From a virus (taxonomy: Duplodnaviria; Heunggongvirae; Uroviricota; Caudoviricetes): 64,000 bases of DNA. Position 1 is the first letter of the stretch; every line of letters begins with the position of its first letter. The stretch lies in IMG/VR virus record IMGVR_UViG_3300042946_000906; one strand, 5' to 3'. Made by a program: the position numbers and the translations under genes. Below are positions 1-7,470 of the stretch, piece after piece. A model generated the notes under the pieces. That model made no database searches. It was not told the origin of the DNA and worked only from the letters and a program-made list of their open reading frames with translations.

Positions 1-207
1 GTTGTTGTCTTCACCTTGGGGGCAACAACTTTAAGTTTTGCACTTATGAACAAATCTTCAACATTTGCCTTCTATTTAGGAGGAATGATGTTAGTTATGA
101 CAATTTTCATATTTGCCTTTTGGACATATATGATATTCAACCAAGTGGTTGTACTCTTAAGAGAGAAAAAATTAGTAAGAAAATCTAAAAAGAAAACAAA
201 TGAGTAA
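1..207 (+). CDS. small hydrophobic membrane protein; frame is open from nt 1, so the 5' end is probably outside the window (NfeD-like partner of the downstream SPFH protein?)
   Basis: ORF 16..207 starts at a TTG and the frame stays open back to nt 1. One long hydrophobic segment (FAFYLGGMMLVMTIFIFAFWTYMIF) then a Lys-rich tail. Overlaps the start of the SPFH gene by 8 nt. Confidence 0.4.
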   Translation, partial: VVVFTLGATTLSFALMNKSSTFAFYLGGMMLVMTIFIFAFWTYMIFNQVVVLLREKKLVRKSKKKTNE

Positions 208-1048
208 AAGTTTAGTAAAATTCGGAGTTATTTTTGGTATTGTATTATTGTTGTTCACATTTGTAATATCATGTGAAAATATTGATGCAGGAAACATTGG
301 TATTAAAGTAAACAAATTTGGTACTGGAAGAGGTGTAAGTGGTGTAACAGAGTGCACCGGAACTGTATTTTACAGTCCAATAACTACAAGCATTAAAGAA
401 TTTCCAATTAATATTCGACACAAAGAATATACAGGAGATGATTCATTTGTAGTAAACTCAAAAGATGGATCAGAGTTTCACGTATCACCAATTGTAAACT
501 ACAGAATCAATCCTGATAAAGCTACTCAAATCTTTGCAAAATATAGAAAAGATTTAGATGGTATTGAGAGTGGATTTTTGAAGACTGCAGTAACAGAAGC
601 ATTTAGAATTGTAACAAATAGTTATACTGCAGATCAATTAATTTCAAGTCGAGAAGCATTTGATACTAAAGTAAAAGCTGTATTAAGAAAACAATTGCAA
701 CCAGAAGGATTTGAATTAGATCAGTTTACTACAAATTTAGAGTATCCAGCATCGTTTAAAAATGCTATTAATGCCAAGAATAATGCAGTACAGAAAGCAT
801 TAATGGCTGAAAATAGAGTTAAACAAGCACAAGCAGAAGCAAAAATTAAAGTTGCAACTGCTGCAGGAGATGCTGAAGCAACACTTACACGTGCAAGAGC
901 AGAAGCTGAAGCTAATAAACTTAAACAAGCTACTCTTACACCTATGTTGATTCAACAACAATGGATTGATGCTTGGAAGTATGGTGGTTCTAAAGTTCCT
1001 ACTTACATTGCCAATGGAGGCGAAAGATTTATGATGAATGTAAAATAA
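200..1048 (+). CDS. SPFH/band-7 (stomatin/prohibitin-like) domain protein with N-terminal membrane anchor
   Basis: N-terminal TM segment, then an SPFH-like core (NIGIKVNKFG...FHVSPIVNYRI...AKYRKDLDGIESGFLKTAVTEAFRIV) followed by an Ala/Glu/Lys-rich coiled-coil tail (AQAEAKIKVATAAGDAEATLTRARAEAEANKLKQ), typical band-7 architecture. Confidence 0.65.
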   Translation: MSKSLVKFGVIFGIVLLLFTFVISCENIDAGNIGIKVNKFGTGRGVSGVTECTGTVFYSPITTSIKEFPINIRHKEYTGDDSFVVNSKDGSEFHVSPIVNYRINPDKATQIFAKYRKDLDGIESGFLKTAVTEAFRIVTNSYTADQLISSREAFDTKVKAVLRKQLQPEGFELDQFTTNLEYPASFKNAINAKNNAVQKALMAENRVKQAQAEAKIKVATAAGDAEATLTRARAEAEANKLKQATLTPMLIQQQWIDAWKYGGSKVPTYIANGGERFMMNVK

Positions 1049-1056
1049 TCAGTGCT

Positions 1057-1737
1057 ATGGTAACAAAAGATTACGGTAAATTTAAGTTCTCTGAAAATAA
1101 CAGAGAAATAAAAAATGGTTCAGTAGAGAAACTTAAATCTTCAATGAAAGAACATGGTTTTATTGCTGGTAGACCTGTATTAATAACCAAAGATGGTGTT
1201 GTTGTTGATGGACAACACCGGTTACTTGCTGCAAAAGAGCTTGATATTGATGTACATTATGACATCATTGATGGTGATTACATGAAAAAGATGATTGAGT
1301 TAAATTCTACTCAAACAAATTGGACATTGACTGATTACATTAAGTCATATGCAAGTTTGCATGTTGATTGCTACAGAAAATTGTTAAAGTTTCAAGAAAA
1401 GTATAATCTTGGAATGTCTGTAACAATTGCTTTGTGTATAGATAACAAAATCAAAACTTCTGACATTAGACTTGGAAAGTTGTTTGTTATGAATCCTTAT
1501 GCAGAAGACATTGCAGATTTTGTTTTAAATTGCACACATATTCCTTACAACAAGGATTACAAGTTTATTCAAGCAATAAACAATGTGTACAAGAAATTGA
1601 ATCGCGCACAATTAGGAAAATTGAAAACTAACTTGATTAGTGTTCCTCAGTTGTCAAAATCAGCTGATTATGTAATTGCGTTTGAGAATATCTTAAACAA
1701 AGGTAAGCATGGTCAGAATAGAGTAAAATTGTCATAG
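1057..1737 (+). CDS. ParB-like nuclease (ParB N-terminal/sulfiredoxin fold) domain protein
   Basis: Motif GRPVLITKDGVVVDGQHRLLAAKEL matches the ParBc box (GxxRxxAA preceded by a β-strand and a conserved Gly/Pro). Confidence 0.55.
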   Translation: MVTKDYGKFKFSENNREIKNGSVEKLKSSMKEHGFIAGRPVLITKDGVVVDGQHRLLAAKELDIDVHYDIIDGDYMKKMIELNSTQTNWTLTDYIKSYASLHVDCYRKLLKFQEKYNLGMSVTIALCIDNKIKTSDIRLGKLFVMNPYAEDIADFVLNCTHIPYNKDYKFIQAINNVYKKLNRAQLGKLKTNLISVPQLSKSADYVIAFENILNKGKHGQNRVKLS

Positions 1738-1750
1738 TAATATGATAGGA

Positions 1751-1823
1751 AGTCAGGTGGCTCAATTGGTTAAAGCGACAGCTGAAAAGATGTGGATTGC
1801 AGGTTCGAATCCTGTCCTGACTA
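1751..1823 (+). tRNA. tRNA-like element (Phe-like GAA anticodon context, atypical 6-nt anticodon loop; possibly a pseudo-tRNA)
   Basis: 7-bp acceptor pairing AGTCAGG/CCTGACT. U8. D-arm GCTC-AATTGGTTA-AAGC with a GG dinucleotide. Canonical T-arm GCAGG-TTCGAAT-CCTGT. Discriminator A. 73 nt. Anticodon arm ACAGC-UGAAAA-GAUGU has one G·A mismatch and only a 6-nt loop, so this is not a clean call. Confidence 0.4.
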
Positions 1824-1840
1824 CTAAAATAACAAACCAT

Positions 1841-2122
1841 ATGAAATTACCAGTTGACTACACAATGTTGTCACCTCAACAACGAAGGCAAGTGAGGTTA
1901 CAGTACATTGCAGAACAAGACAATAAATGCATGTACTGCGGAGAGAGTCTGGATGAACCAGCTCCAGAAAAAATAACGAGTAAACCAATTATTTGGAAAC
2001 TGTTTCCTCCTAACTTTTTACAATACCCAATTCATCTTCAGCATTGTCACAAAACAGGTATGACTGAAGGTGCTGTACATAATTACTGTAATGCAGTACT
2101 ATGGCAATACGAAGGAAGATAA
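1841..2122 (+). CDS. HNH-like endonuclease (small Cys/His-rich protein)
   Basis: CMYCGES...HLQHCHKTGMTEGAVHNYCNAV: CxxC pair plus an HxxH...N...C pattern typical of HNH/His-Me finger nucleases. The ORF-track start at 1742 would read through the tRNA-like element, so the start was moved to Met at 1841. Confidence 0.45.
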   Translation: MKLPVDYTMLSPQQRRQVRLQYIAEQDNKCMYCGESLDEPAPEKITSKPIIWKLFPPNFLQYPIHLQHCHKTGMTEGAVHNYCNAVLWQYEGR

Positions 2123-2137
2123 TCTAACAAAAACACA

Positions 2138-2326
2138 ATGGCAAAAAGTAAAAAAGCAGAAAGCAGTGAATCAGAGTACAACATTGGTGATATGATTACG
2201 CATGCCAAGTTTGGCAAAGGCGAGGTAATCAATGTAATACCTGGAGAAGCAATCAAAGTAAAATTTGGCAAACAAGAAAAGATATTATTACTAAAATATA
2301 ATAGTACAACTTTAACTAAAGACTAA
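2138..2326 (+). CDS. hypothetical small protein (62 aa)
   Basis: Tiles the + strand gap; Lys-rich N-terminus and a small β-rich core (GDMITHAKFGKGEVINV). Confidence 0.5.
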   Translation: MAKSKKAESSESEYNIGDMITHAKFGKGEVINVIPGEAIKVKFGKQEKILLLKYNSTTLTKD

Positions 2327-2327
2327 T

Positions 2328-2837
2328 ATGGAATGTACTGGATGTAGTAAAGGAATAAGCATGTGTCATAACAGACCATGCTTTGGTTCCCCAGAAGAAT
2401 TTGACAAAATTATTGATGCAGGATTTGCAGACAAACTACGTATTGATTATTGGACAGGTGCACCACCAGAAACGAGAATTAAACTTGAAGATACTATTGG
2501 CGATGGTCCTTTTGTAGATTTACAAAAGATGCTGTATGATTATCAGCAAAAAAATCCTAATCCTCATGAAGAAGATGTAGAGATGTTGTCCGGTGGTACT
2601 GATAATGATAATAATTATCATGCACCATGGATGCCAACAGGAACTTGCAAACTTCTTACTGAAGATGAGAAATGCATGCTACATGATTCAGGATTAAAAC
2701 CTCATCAAGGTGCTAATTCATGTTGCAATAAAGAAATCAATGCTGCAGAAGACAATTTGTATTATGCAAACTTATGGGCAACACCAAAAGGTAAAGAAGT
2801 GATCGAAAAGTTTAAAAAAACTGTAAACATATCATAA
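2328..2837 (+). CDS. hypothetical Cys-rich protein (169 aa)
   Basis: Long ORF in the same orientation with 1-nt spacing to the neighbour; multiple Cys (CTGCSKGISMCHNRPC...CKLL...CML...SCC) suggest metal binding. Confidence 0.55.
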   Translation: MECTGCSKGISMCHNRPCFGSPEEFDKIIDAGFADKLRIDYWTGAPPETRIKLEDTIGDGPFVDLQKMLYDYQQKNPNPHEEDVEMLSGGTDNDNNYHAPWMPTGTCKLLTEDEKCMLHDSGLKPHQGANSCCNKEINAAEDNLYYANLWATPKGKEVIEKFKKTVNIS

Positions 2838-2838
2838 T

Positions 2839-2985
2839 ATGGATTCATTTGAAATTTGGTGGAAACAAAACGAACCATTGTATCGTATTGTAGGTGTTAA
2901 AAAAGAAATTGCAAAAGCAATTTGGATTGATGCTACTAATTCTGTTAGCAAAAATATTTTACAAATAATAGAAGAACATTCGTAA
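2839..2985 (+). CDS. hypothetical small protein (48 aa), not in the ORF track (<60 aa)
   Basis: ATG at 2839 two nt after the upstream stop. The stop overlaps the next ATG (TAATG at 2983-2987). Fills an otherwise non-coding 147-nt gap in a tightly packed operon. Translation MDSFEIWWKQNEPLYRIVGVKKEIAKAIWIDATNSVSKNILQIIEEHS. Confidence 0.35.
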   Translation: MDSFEIWWKQNEPLYRIVGVKKEIAKAIWIDATNSVSKNILQIIEEHS

Positions 2986-3545
2986 TGAAAGAAGAATCAG
3001 TATATTTCGAATATGAGGAGTTACCTACGATACCACAAGACGTAACACCTACAGATACACATCTTGACAAACAATTAGAATACATTAAAGAAAAAGGCAT
3101 TCTTGTAGAAGAAGATCAGTTACATAGAATGGTAAATAACAAAATTTACACCAAAGCACAACAAGAAGCTGAAGAAGAAACATTTTATTTTGTTGATACC
3201 AGTTATAATGATGGATTTGTTGTAAATGAGTCAACTGTTTCTTGGCGTTCTAAAGACTTAATTATTAAAGGTAAGACCAAAGCGACCATGGTTGTAAATA
3301 AGTTAAACCTGTATCGCGACATGTTGTTAAGAGCTTACGAGCTTGGTTACGATCCTAATAAAATAAATAACGAAAACGGTGTATACGGTATTCGTTATGA
3401 TTTTGACACGGATCCAAGAGGATTTCTTTATGCAACAAGTCATCACAAATTGCAAGTATTTGTATTTGGTATATTTTTTACCAATAAAGACAGTTGTAAT
3501 CGACTTCTTGATGAATTTGGAGAAAGAATAAAATTGTATTATTAA
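2985..3545 (+). CDS. hypothetical protein (186 aa)
   Basis: Long ORF, co-oriented; no recognisable motif. Confidence 0.55.
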   Translation: MKEESVYFEYEELPTIPQDVTPTDTHLDKQLEYIKEKGILVEEDQLHRMVNNKIYTKAQQEAEEETFYFVDTSYNDGFVVNESTVSWRSKDLIIKGKTKATMVVNKLNLYRDMLLRAYELGYDPNKINNENGVYGIRYDFDTDPRGFLYATSHHKLQVFVFGIFFTNKDSCNRLLDEFGERIKLYY

Positions 3546-3551
3546 TTCAAA

Positions 3552-3715
3552 AAAACAGTGTTTTAGTAGTTTAAGAGGTAAAACAACATTCTATCATTGC
3601 CACAGATCAAGTGAGACGCAGAAGTATGAGTATTCAGAAAATGACAATCAGCGACAGAGAGCACGATTTACATGTATAGATATCAGGTTCAATTCCTGAT
3701 CTAAACACTGTTTTA
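3552..3715 (+). ncRNA. candidate structured RNA / intergenic element closed by a 15-bp inverted repeat
   Basis: AAAACAGTGTTTTAG (3552-3566) pairs with CTAAACACTGTTTTA (3701-3715; one bulged nt) around ~135 nt. The interior holds a tRNA-like T-arm hairpin TCAGG-TTCAATT-CCTGA (3683-3699) and a D-arm-like hairpin GTTT-AAGAGGTA-AAAC. There is no ORF >60 aa, and the 220-nt gap is atypical for this compact region. Confidence 0.25.
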
Positions 3716-3765
3716 TATCACAAAGGGAAATATCACCCATATGTTGGACACTTTAAAAATAATTT

Positions 3766-4128
3766 ATGATTAAATACTCAACAAGATTAGTAATTGTACT
3801 TAAAAATGTTGTCATCAAGATTCCTGTAAGCAGAAAAGGATATTTGCAAGGAGTCAATGAAAAATACATTTGGGATAAGTATAAAAATGTTACATCGTTA
3901 GCAGAGTTAAAATGGATGCGCTTTGGTATTGTATGTCAAAAAAGATATGATACAGAATTATTAACAATTCCTAATATAGTTGTAAGACGTATTAAAGCAA
4001 AAGTTCCTGAATTTAATTTTGCTGACTGTGATTTACATAACTCTGAAAACTGGGGAATTGAAGGTAAAAATTACATCTTACTTGATTACGGTGTTAATGA
4101 ATACATAGCAAGCTTGTACAAATATTAA
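3766..4128 (+). CDS. hypothetical protein (120 aa)
   Basis: Co-oriented ORF tiling the strand. Confidence 0.5.
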   Translation: MIKYSTRLVIVLKNVVIKIPVSRKGYLQGVNEKYIWDKYKNVTSLAELKWMRFGIVCQKRYDTELLTIPNIVVRRIKAKVPEFNFADCDLHNSENWGIEGKNYILLDYGVNEYIASLYKY

Positions 4129-4138
4129 AAGAAAAAAG

Positions 4139-4378
4139 ATGACTAAAGAAGAAGAAATCAAGTCTATAGAGTTTAGACTTAAAGCAATTTTCTCACAAGA
4201 TGTAATAAAAGCAATTCATGTTATTGAGTCAAGAGAGTTATTTAGTAAATGGAAAGTTTTAACAGAGTACGTTTCTGATAAAACACCAGTACTTCAATAC
4301 ACACCAGATTTTATTGAACCAATTTTAGAAACAAAACCATTATGCAACAGCATTATTCGTATACAGAACATGAATTAG
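4139..4378 (+). CDS. hypothetical protein (79 aa)
   Basis: Co-oriented ORF; 10-nt spacing to the upstream gene. Confidence 0.45.
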   Translation: MTKEEEIKSIEFRLKAIFSQDVIKAIHVIESRELFSKWKVLTEYVSDKTPVLQYTPDFIEPILETKPLCNSIIRIQNMN

Positions 4379-4415
4379 GAGACCCTCCTAAAGTTAATTT
4401 AAAAAAAGATAATAT

Positions 4416-4895
4416 ATGTCAGCATTTGTATTTAGTGATCCGCATTTTCATCATGAAAATATGGCAAAAAGGCGTGGTTTTTCTTGTGCAGAAGAAATGA
4501 ATGAGCACATTGTAAAGAACTGGAATAACACCGTATCAAAAAGAGATGCAGTGTATTTGTTAGGTGACATTACAATGGAAAAGAATAACTACGCTATTCT
4601 TAGTAGACTAAACGGGGTCATAAACGTAGTTCTGGGAAACCATGATGAACGTCAGCATACAAAGTATATGGCGCATTATGTTAACTCAGTAGCTGGAATG
4701 ATAGATTATAAGAACACTTATATTCTTACTCATTGTCCAATACATCCTTCTCAACTTGAATTCAGATATTCTTATAATATTCACGGTCATGTACACTATA
4801 ATAGTTTAGATGATCCGCGATATATAAACGTGTGTGCTGAAGTTATAGACTACAAACCAATATTGATAACAGAATGCGTAAAAGAATTCCGTTAA
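4416..4895 (+). CDS. metallophosphoesterase (calcineurin-like phosphoesterase)
   Basis: Ordered motifs DPHFHH (DxH), GDITMEKNN (GDxxD), GNHDE (GNH[DE]), THCP, GHVH = calcineurin-like phosphoesterase signature. Confidence 0.7.
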   Translation: MSAFVFSDPHFHHENMAKRRGFSCAEEMNEHIVKNWNNTVSKRDAVYLLGDITMEKNNYAILSRLNGVINVVLGNHDERQHTKYMAHYVNSVAGMIDYKNTYILTHCPIHPSQLEFRYSYNIHGHVHYNSLDDPRYINVCAEVIDYKPILITECVKEFR

Positions 4896-5131
4896 GAAGA
4901 AGAACCAGAAAAGAAAAATCAGTTGTCCAAAAGTACTTTGAACATGCATTGCGTGCTGATGTAACATTTGGATTATTAAAACCTGAAAAGAAACTGGTTG
5001 AATACACTAAAGAATATGGCAAAATCCTCATCAAAGAAAATGATGTAGAAGATGTGAAAAAACATCTAACACCTGAGTTTTTTAATTCGAAAATTGAAAT
5101 TAAAAATTTTATTAGTTATGAACTACGCTGA
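4874..5131 (+). CDS. hypothetical basic protein (85 aa)
   Basis: ATG start; overlaps both neighbours by 22-38 nt, so it may be real or the neighbour may start later. Arg/Lys-rich N-terminus. Confidence 0.4.
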   Translation: MRKRIPLRRRTRKEKSVVQKYFEHALRADVTFGLLKPEKKLVEYTKEYGKILIKENDVEDVKKHLTPEFFNSKIEIKNFISYELR

Positions 5132-5684
5132 ACACGTTAAAGAATTTAAAATTGCAAATGTGCAAATGATGCAATATTTGCTAAGCAAACAAGGAGGACT
5201 TCAACCTATGATAGTAGTTCTTGTCAAAGAAAGCAATGATGAAATGAATATTATTGCAATACCTGTCCCAGGTGAATTTTTAGATAATGACAATACAAAA
5301 GATGCATTAGCAGCAGCTATTCCGTCATTATTGGCAATGTTGACAAAACAAGGAAAGGAACCAGTGTGTTTTTCTTTTTCTTCAGAAGCATGGTTACGTA
5401 AGTCACCAGAAGGTGTAACAGAAGTTCCAGATAACTGGAAAGATTTACCTAAAACAGAATGTATGATTTCTACATATGAATCTGCAGATGAATCAGATAT
5501 GGAAGTATTTGAAATCATTAGAGAAGGTAAGATGGCAAATGAAAATGGCGACTTAATTGATGCAATTGTATTAAGACCATATTCTATTAGTGAAAATGGT
5601 GAAAAACCAAAAGCATTAAAAGGTAGATTCCACGGAGCATTTCAGGAAATGTATAAAATGAGACAAGATGAAAAAGCAAATTAG
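5094..5684 (+). CDS. hypothetical protein (196 aa; true start may be an internal Met, e.g. 5166)
   Basis: Long ORF; no motif. Confidence 0.5.
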   Translation: MKLKILLVMNYAEHVKEFKIANVQMMQYLLSKQGGLQPMIVVLVKESNDEMNIIAIPVPGEFLDNDNTKDALAAAIPSLLAMLTKQGKEPVCFSFSSEAWLRKSPEGVTEVPDNWKDLPKTECMISTYESADESDMEVFEIIREGKMANENGDLIDAIVLRPYSISENGEKPKALKGRFHGAFQEMYKMRQDEKAN

Positions 5685-5952
5685 TTTTGACGATCAAGTA
5701 CATATGATCATTATTCATGCTGGTAATTATCTTAGAGATGATGGTAACGAAGATGAATATGTAGAAGGAAATTATCCTTTTGAACTTCTTTTGTCTGGTG
5801 ATATGGAAATTGCAACCGGTGATGAAGTTTCAGATCAAGACATTACTATAAAATGGATTGATAGAAAGCCATTTAGAAATACAATTGAACAAGAAACAAT
5901 TGAGAAAAAAATCATTAAAAAGTTTAAAAATAAATTTTTAAAAGATGAATAA
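5668..5952 (+). CDS. hypothetical protein (94 aa)
   Basis: Co-oriented, overlapping-stop architecture. Confidence 0.45.
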   Translation: MKKQISFDDQVHMIIIHAGNYLRDDGNEDEYVEGNYPFELLLSGDMEIATGDEVSDQDITIKWIDRKPFRNTIEQETIEKKIIKKFKNKFLKDE

Positions 5953-6235
5953 AGAAATTGTAAACGTAGATTTTGACTTTACTGAACCATACACAGATGG
6001 TCAAGGAAGAGAGTTAGAAGCAAAAATCAGATTAAGTGTTGATGTAAGAAGCAAAACTTTTAATATCATGCCAAGTGCTATGAAAAAAGATTTTGTGTTT
6101 ATGAATACTTCACAAGCAAATTGGCAATTATGGATTGCAACAGCAAAAGCAATTCAATCAGCAACTGAGTTTGCTGTACAGTACATTGAAGAAAACACAC
6201 CAGCAGTACCGGAAACAGATGGAACAGTACAATAA
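5945..6235 (+). CDS. hypothetical protein (96 aa)
   Basis: Co-oriented ORF. Confidence 0.45.
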   Translation: MNKEIVNVDFDFTEPYTDGQGRELEAKIRLSVDVRSKTFNIMPSAMKKDFVFMNTSQANWQLWIATAKAIQSATEFAVQYIEENTPAVPETDGTVQ

Positions 6236-6707
6236 AGTATTAATAGGACACGTAGGAGTTGACTCAGGTCAGCTTCTACTTTGTGATCCTTGTTACATTG
6301 AATCAGAATGGGAACAAGAAGATTTCACAGACGTTAGAGTTTATCAGCATAAAACAACTGGTGATAAACTGCAGTATATGGTCGATTTTCCAAACTATGG
6401 AACAGTAATTCCAAAGTATGGTAAAACTATGAACGAGTTAAATGAAACTGGTGAATGGAATCAAATTGAAGATTTGACAACAGAACATAATTTTAGTTAC
6501 AATGCTTGTAGTAAAGCAACATTGTCTAAAAAAGGTGCTGGACAGTTAAAATATCAAATGGGACACGACGGTGTTGGCGTTGCATTTAGTACAGCATTCG
6601 GTGATGGTTTTTATCCAGTTTTTCAGAACTTTGATGAAGAAGGTAATCTTATGTCTGTAGAAGTAGTGTTTCAATTTCCAGAAGACGATGAAGATGAGGA
6701 AGCATAG
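6219..6707 (+). CDS. hypothetical protein (~163 aa; the ORF-track start at 6135 overlaps the upstream gene by 100 nt, so the internal Met at 6219 is preferred)
   Basis: Long ORF; Met at 6219 sits 17 nt inside the stop of the previous gene. Confidence 0.5.
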   Translation: MEQYNKVLIGHVGVDSGQLLLCDPCYIESEWEQEDFTDVRVYQHKTTGDKLQYMVDFPNYGTVIPKYGKTMNELNETGEWNQIEDLTTEHNFSYNACSKATLSKKGAGQLKYQMGHDGVGVAFSTAFGDGFYPVFQNFDEEGNLMSVEVVFQFPEDDEDEEA

Positions 6708-6885
6708 TCAAGAATTAGTAGGCAAACGTGTACAGTTAATTTACATGAATGACAAACAGTCACCGGCACCTGGTACAAAAGGAACCGTAAGATTAGTAGA
6801 TGATCAAGGAACAATTCATGTTGAATGGGACAGTGGTTCACATCTTGGTTTAATACCAGATGAAGATAAATACAAAATACTTTAA
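6688..6885 (+). CDS. small β-rich protein, DUF4314-like
   Basis: GKRVQLIYMNDKQSPAPGTKGTVRLVDDQGTIHVEWDSGSHLGLIPDED resembles the DUF4314 pattern (G.rV.L..M.D...P..GT.GTV..VDD.G.I.V.WDnG..L.Li...D), recalled from memory. Confidence 0.45.
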   Translation: MKMRKHSQELVGKRVQLIYMNDKQSPAPGTKGTVRLVDDQGTIHVEWDSGSHLGLIPDEDKYKIL

Positions 6886-6886
6886 T

Positions 6887-7066
6887 ATGAAAGTAACTAA
6901 AAAATTAGTAGTACTTGATCATGGTGAAAAAACTGTTACAGTTTATCCTTATGATGAAAATGTATGGGAATCTCCAGAAGATTTTACAGACGAAGATGGC
7001 AATTATGTTTTAGATAGTAATTGCGAATGGATGGTTGTTGACGACCTTAACATAAAAATACTTTAA
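6887..7066 (+). CDS. hypothetical small protein (59 aa)
   Basis: ATG 1 nt after the upstream stop (TAATATG). Ends ...NIKIL like its neighbour (...KYKIL), suggesting paralogous C-termini. Confidence 0.4.
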   Translation: MKVTKKLVVLDHGEKTVTVYPYDENVWESPEDFTDEDGNYVLDSNCEWMVVDDLNIKIL

Positions 7067-7068
7067 TT

Positions 7069-7470
7069 ATGTCACATCCTTTGCATCACAGTATTAGTAG
7101 TAAAAAGAAGTGGGGTGGTCACGTTGATGACTACCTCGCTATCCACAATTGGTTTGACGAAACAAAAATGCACTATCCGGACATGCGCCATAGAGCATTA
7201 AGACATCACGCAGAAGGTATATTCTGGTGTGAAGAAAAGTTTGGCACTTATATTATCAATTCTGATAGTAAAATGGTTCCTGTAAGAGCAATTGCAGAGC
7301 AGCATGTAATGGAAGATATAGGATTTATTCCTACTATCAAAGATTACCTTGACAACATGACACAACAAAACTGGATGTATAAGCCAGGTGAAGGTCGTAA
7401 AGTATTGAAAGAAATACAAGAAGAAAAATCAGATTACGTATTTAGTAAAAATAAAATTGTAAAATCATGA
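7069..7470 (+). CDS. hypothetical His-rich protein (133 aa)
   Basis: Co-oriented ORF; HPLHH...HVDDYLAIHNWFDETKMHYPDMRHRALRHHAEG suggests metal binding. Confidence 0.5.
   Translation: MSHPLHHSISSKKKWGGHVDDYLAIHNWFDETKMHYPDMRHRALRHHAEGIFWCEEKFGTYIINSDSKMVPVRAIAEQHVMEDIGFIPTIKDYLDNMTQQNWMYKPGEGRKVLKEIQEEKSDYVFSKNKIVKS

Noticed and set aside
172-357. Minus-strand ORFs embedded in + strand genes (172..357, 1637..1840, 2083..2271, 4843..5034, 5201..5518, 7198..7419, 7537..7788, 9294..9479, 11255..11437, 11988..12188, 14877..15131, 15261..15512, 15587..15784, 15982..16164, 16738..16974, 17522..17737, 19094..19297, 20324..20915, 24785..25018, 26454..26636)
   Set aside because: All are short, antisense to much longer co-oriented genes with recognisable domains, and typical of chance ORFs in AT-rich DNA.
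1742-1840. N-terminal extension of ORF 1742..2122 (MIGSQVAQLVKATAEKMWIAGSNPVLTTKITNH...)
   Set aside because: This stretch is the tRNA-like element translated in frame; the real start of the HNH-like ORF is more plausibly Met at 1841.
3683-3699. Calling the 3546-3765 region a bona fide intron-containing tRNA
   Set aside because: Acceptor pairing requires a bulge, the anticodon arm cannot be built, and total length (~145-165 nt) fits neither a standard tRNA nor a group I intron-containing one; kept only as a candidate structured RNA.
6135-6218. 5' extension of ORF 6135..6707 (Gln-rich MQQQKQFNQQ...)
   Set aside because: Overlaps the upstream gene by 100 nt in another frame and is low complexity; an internal Met at 6219 is preferred.
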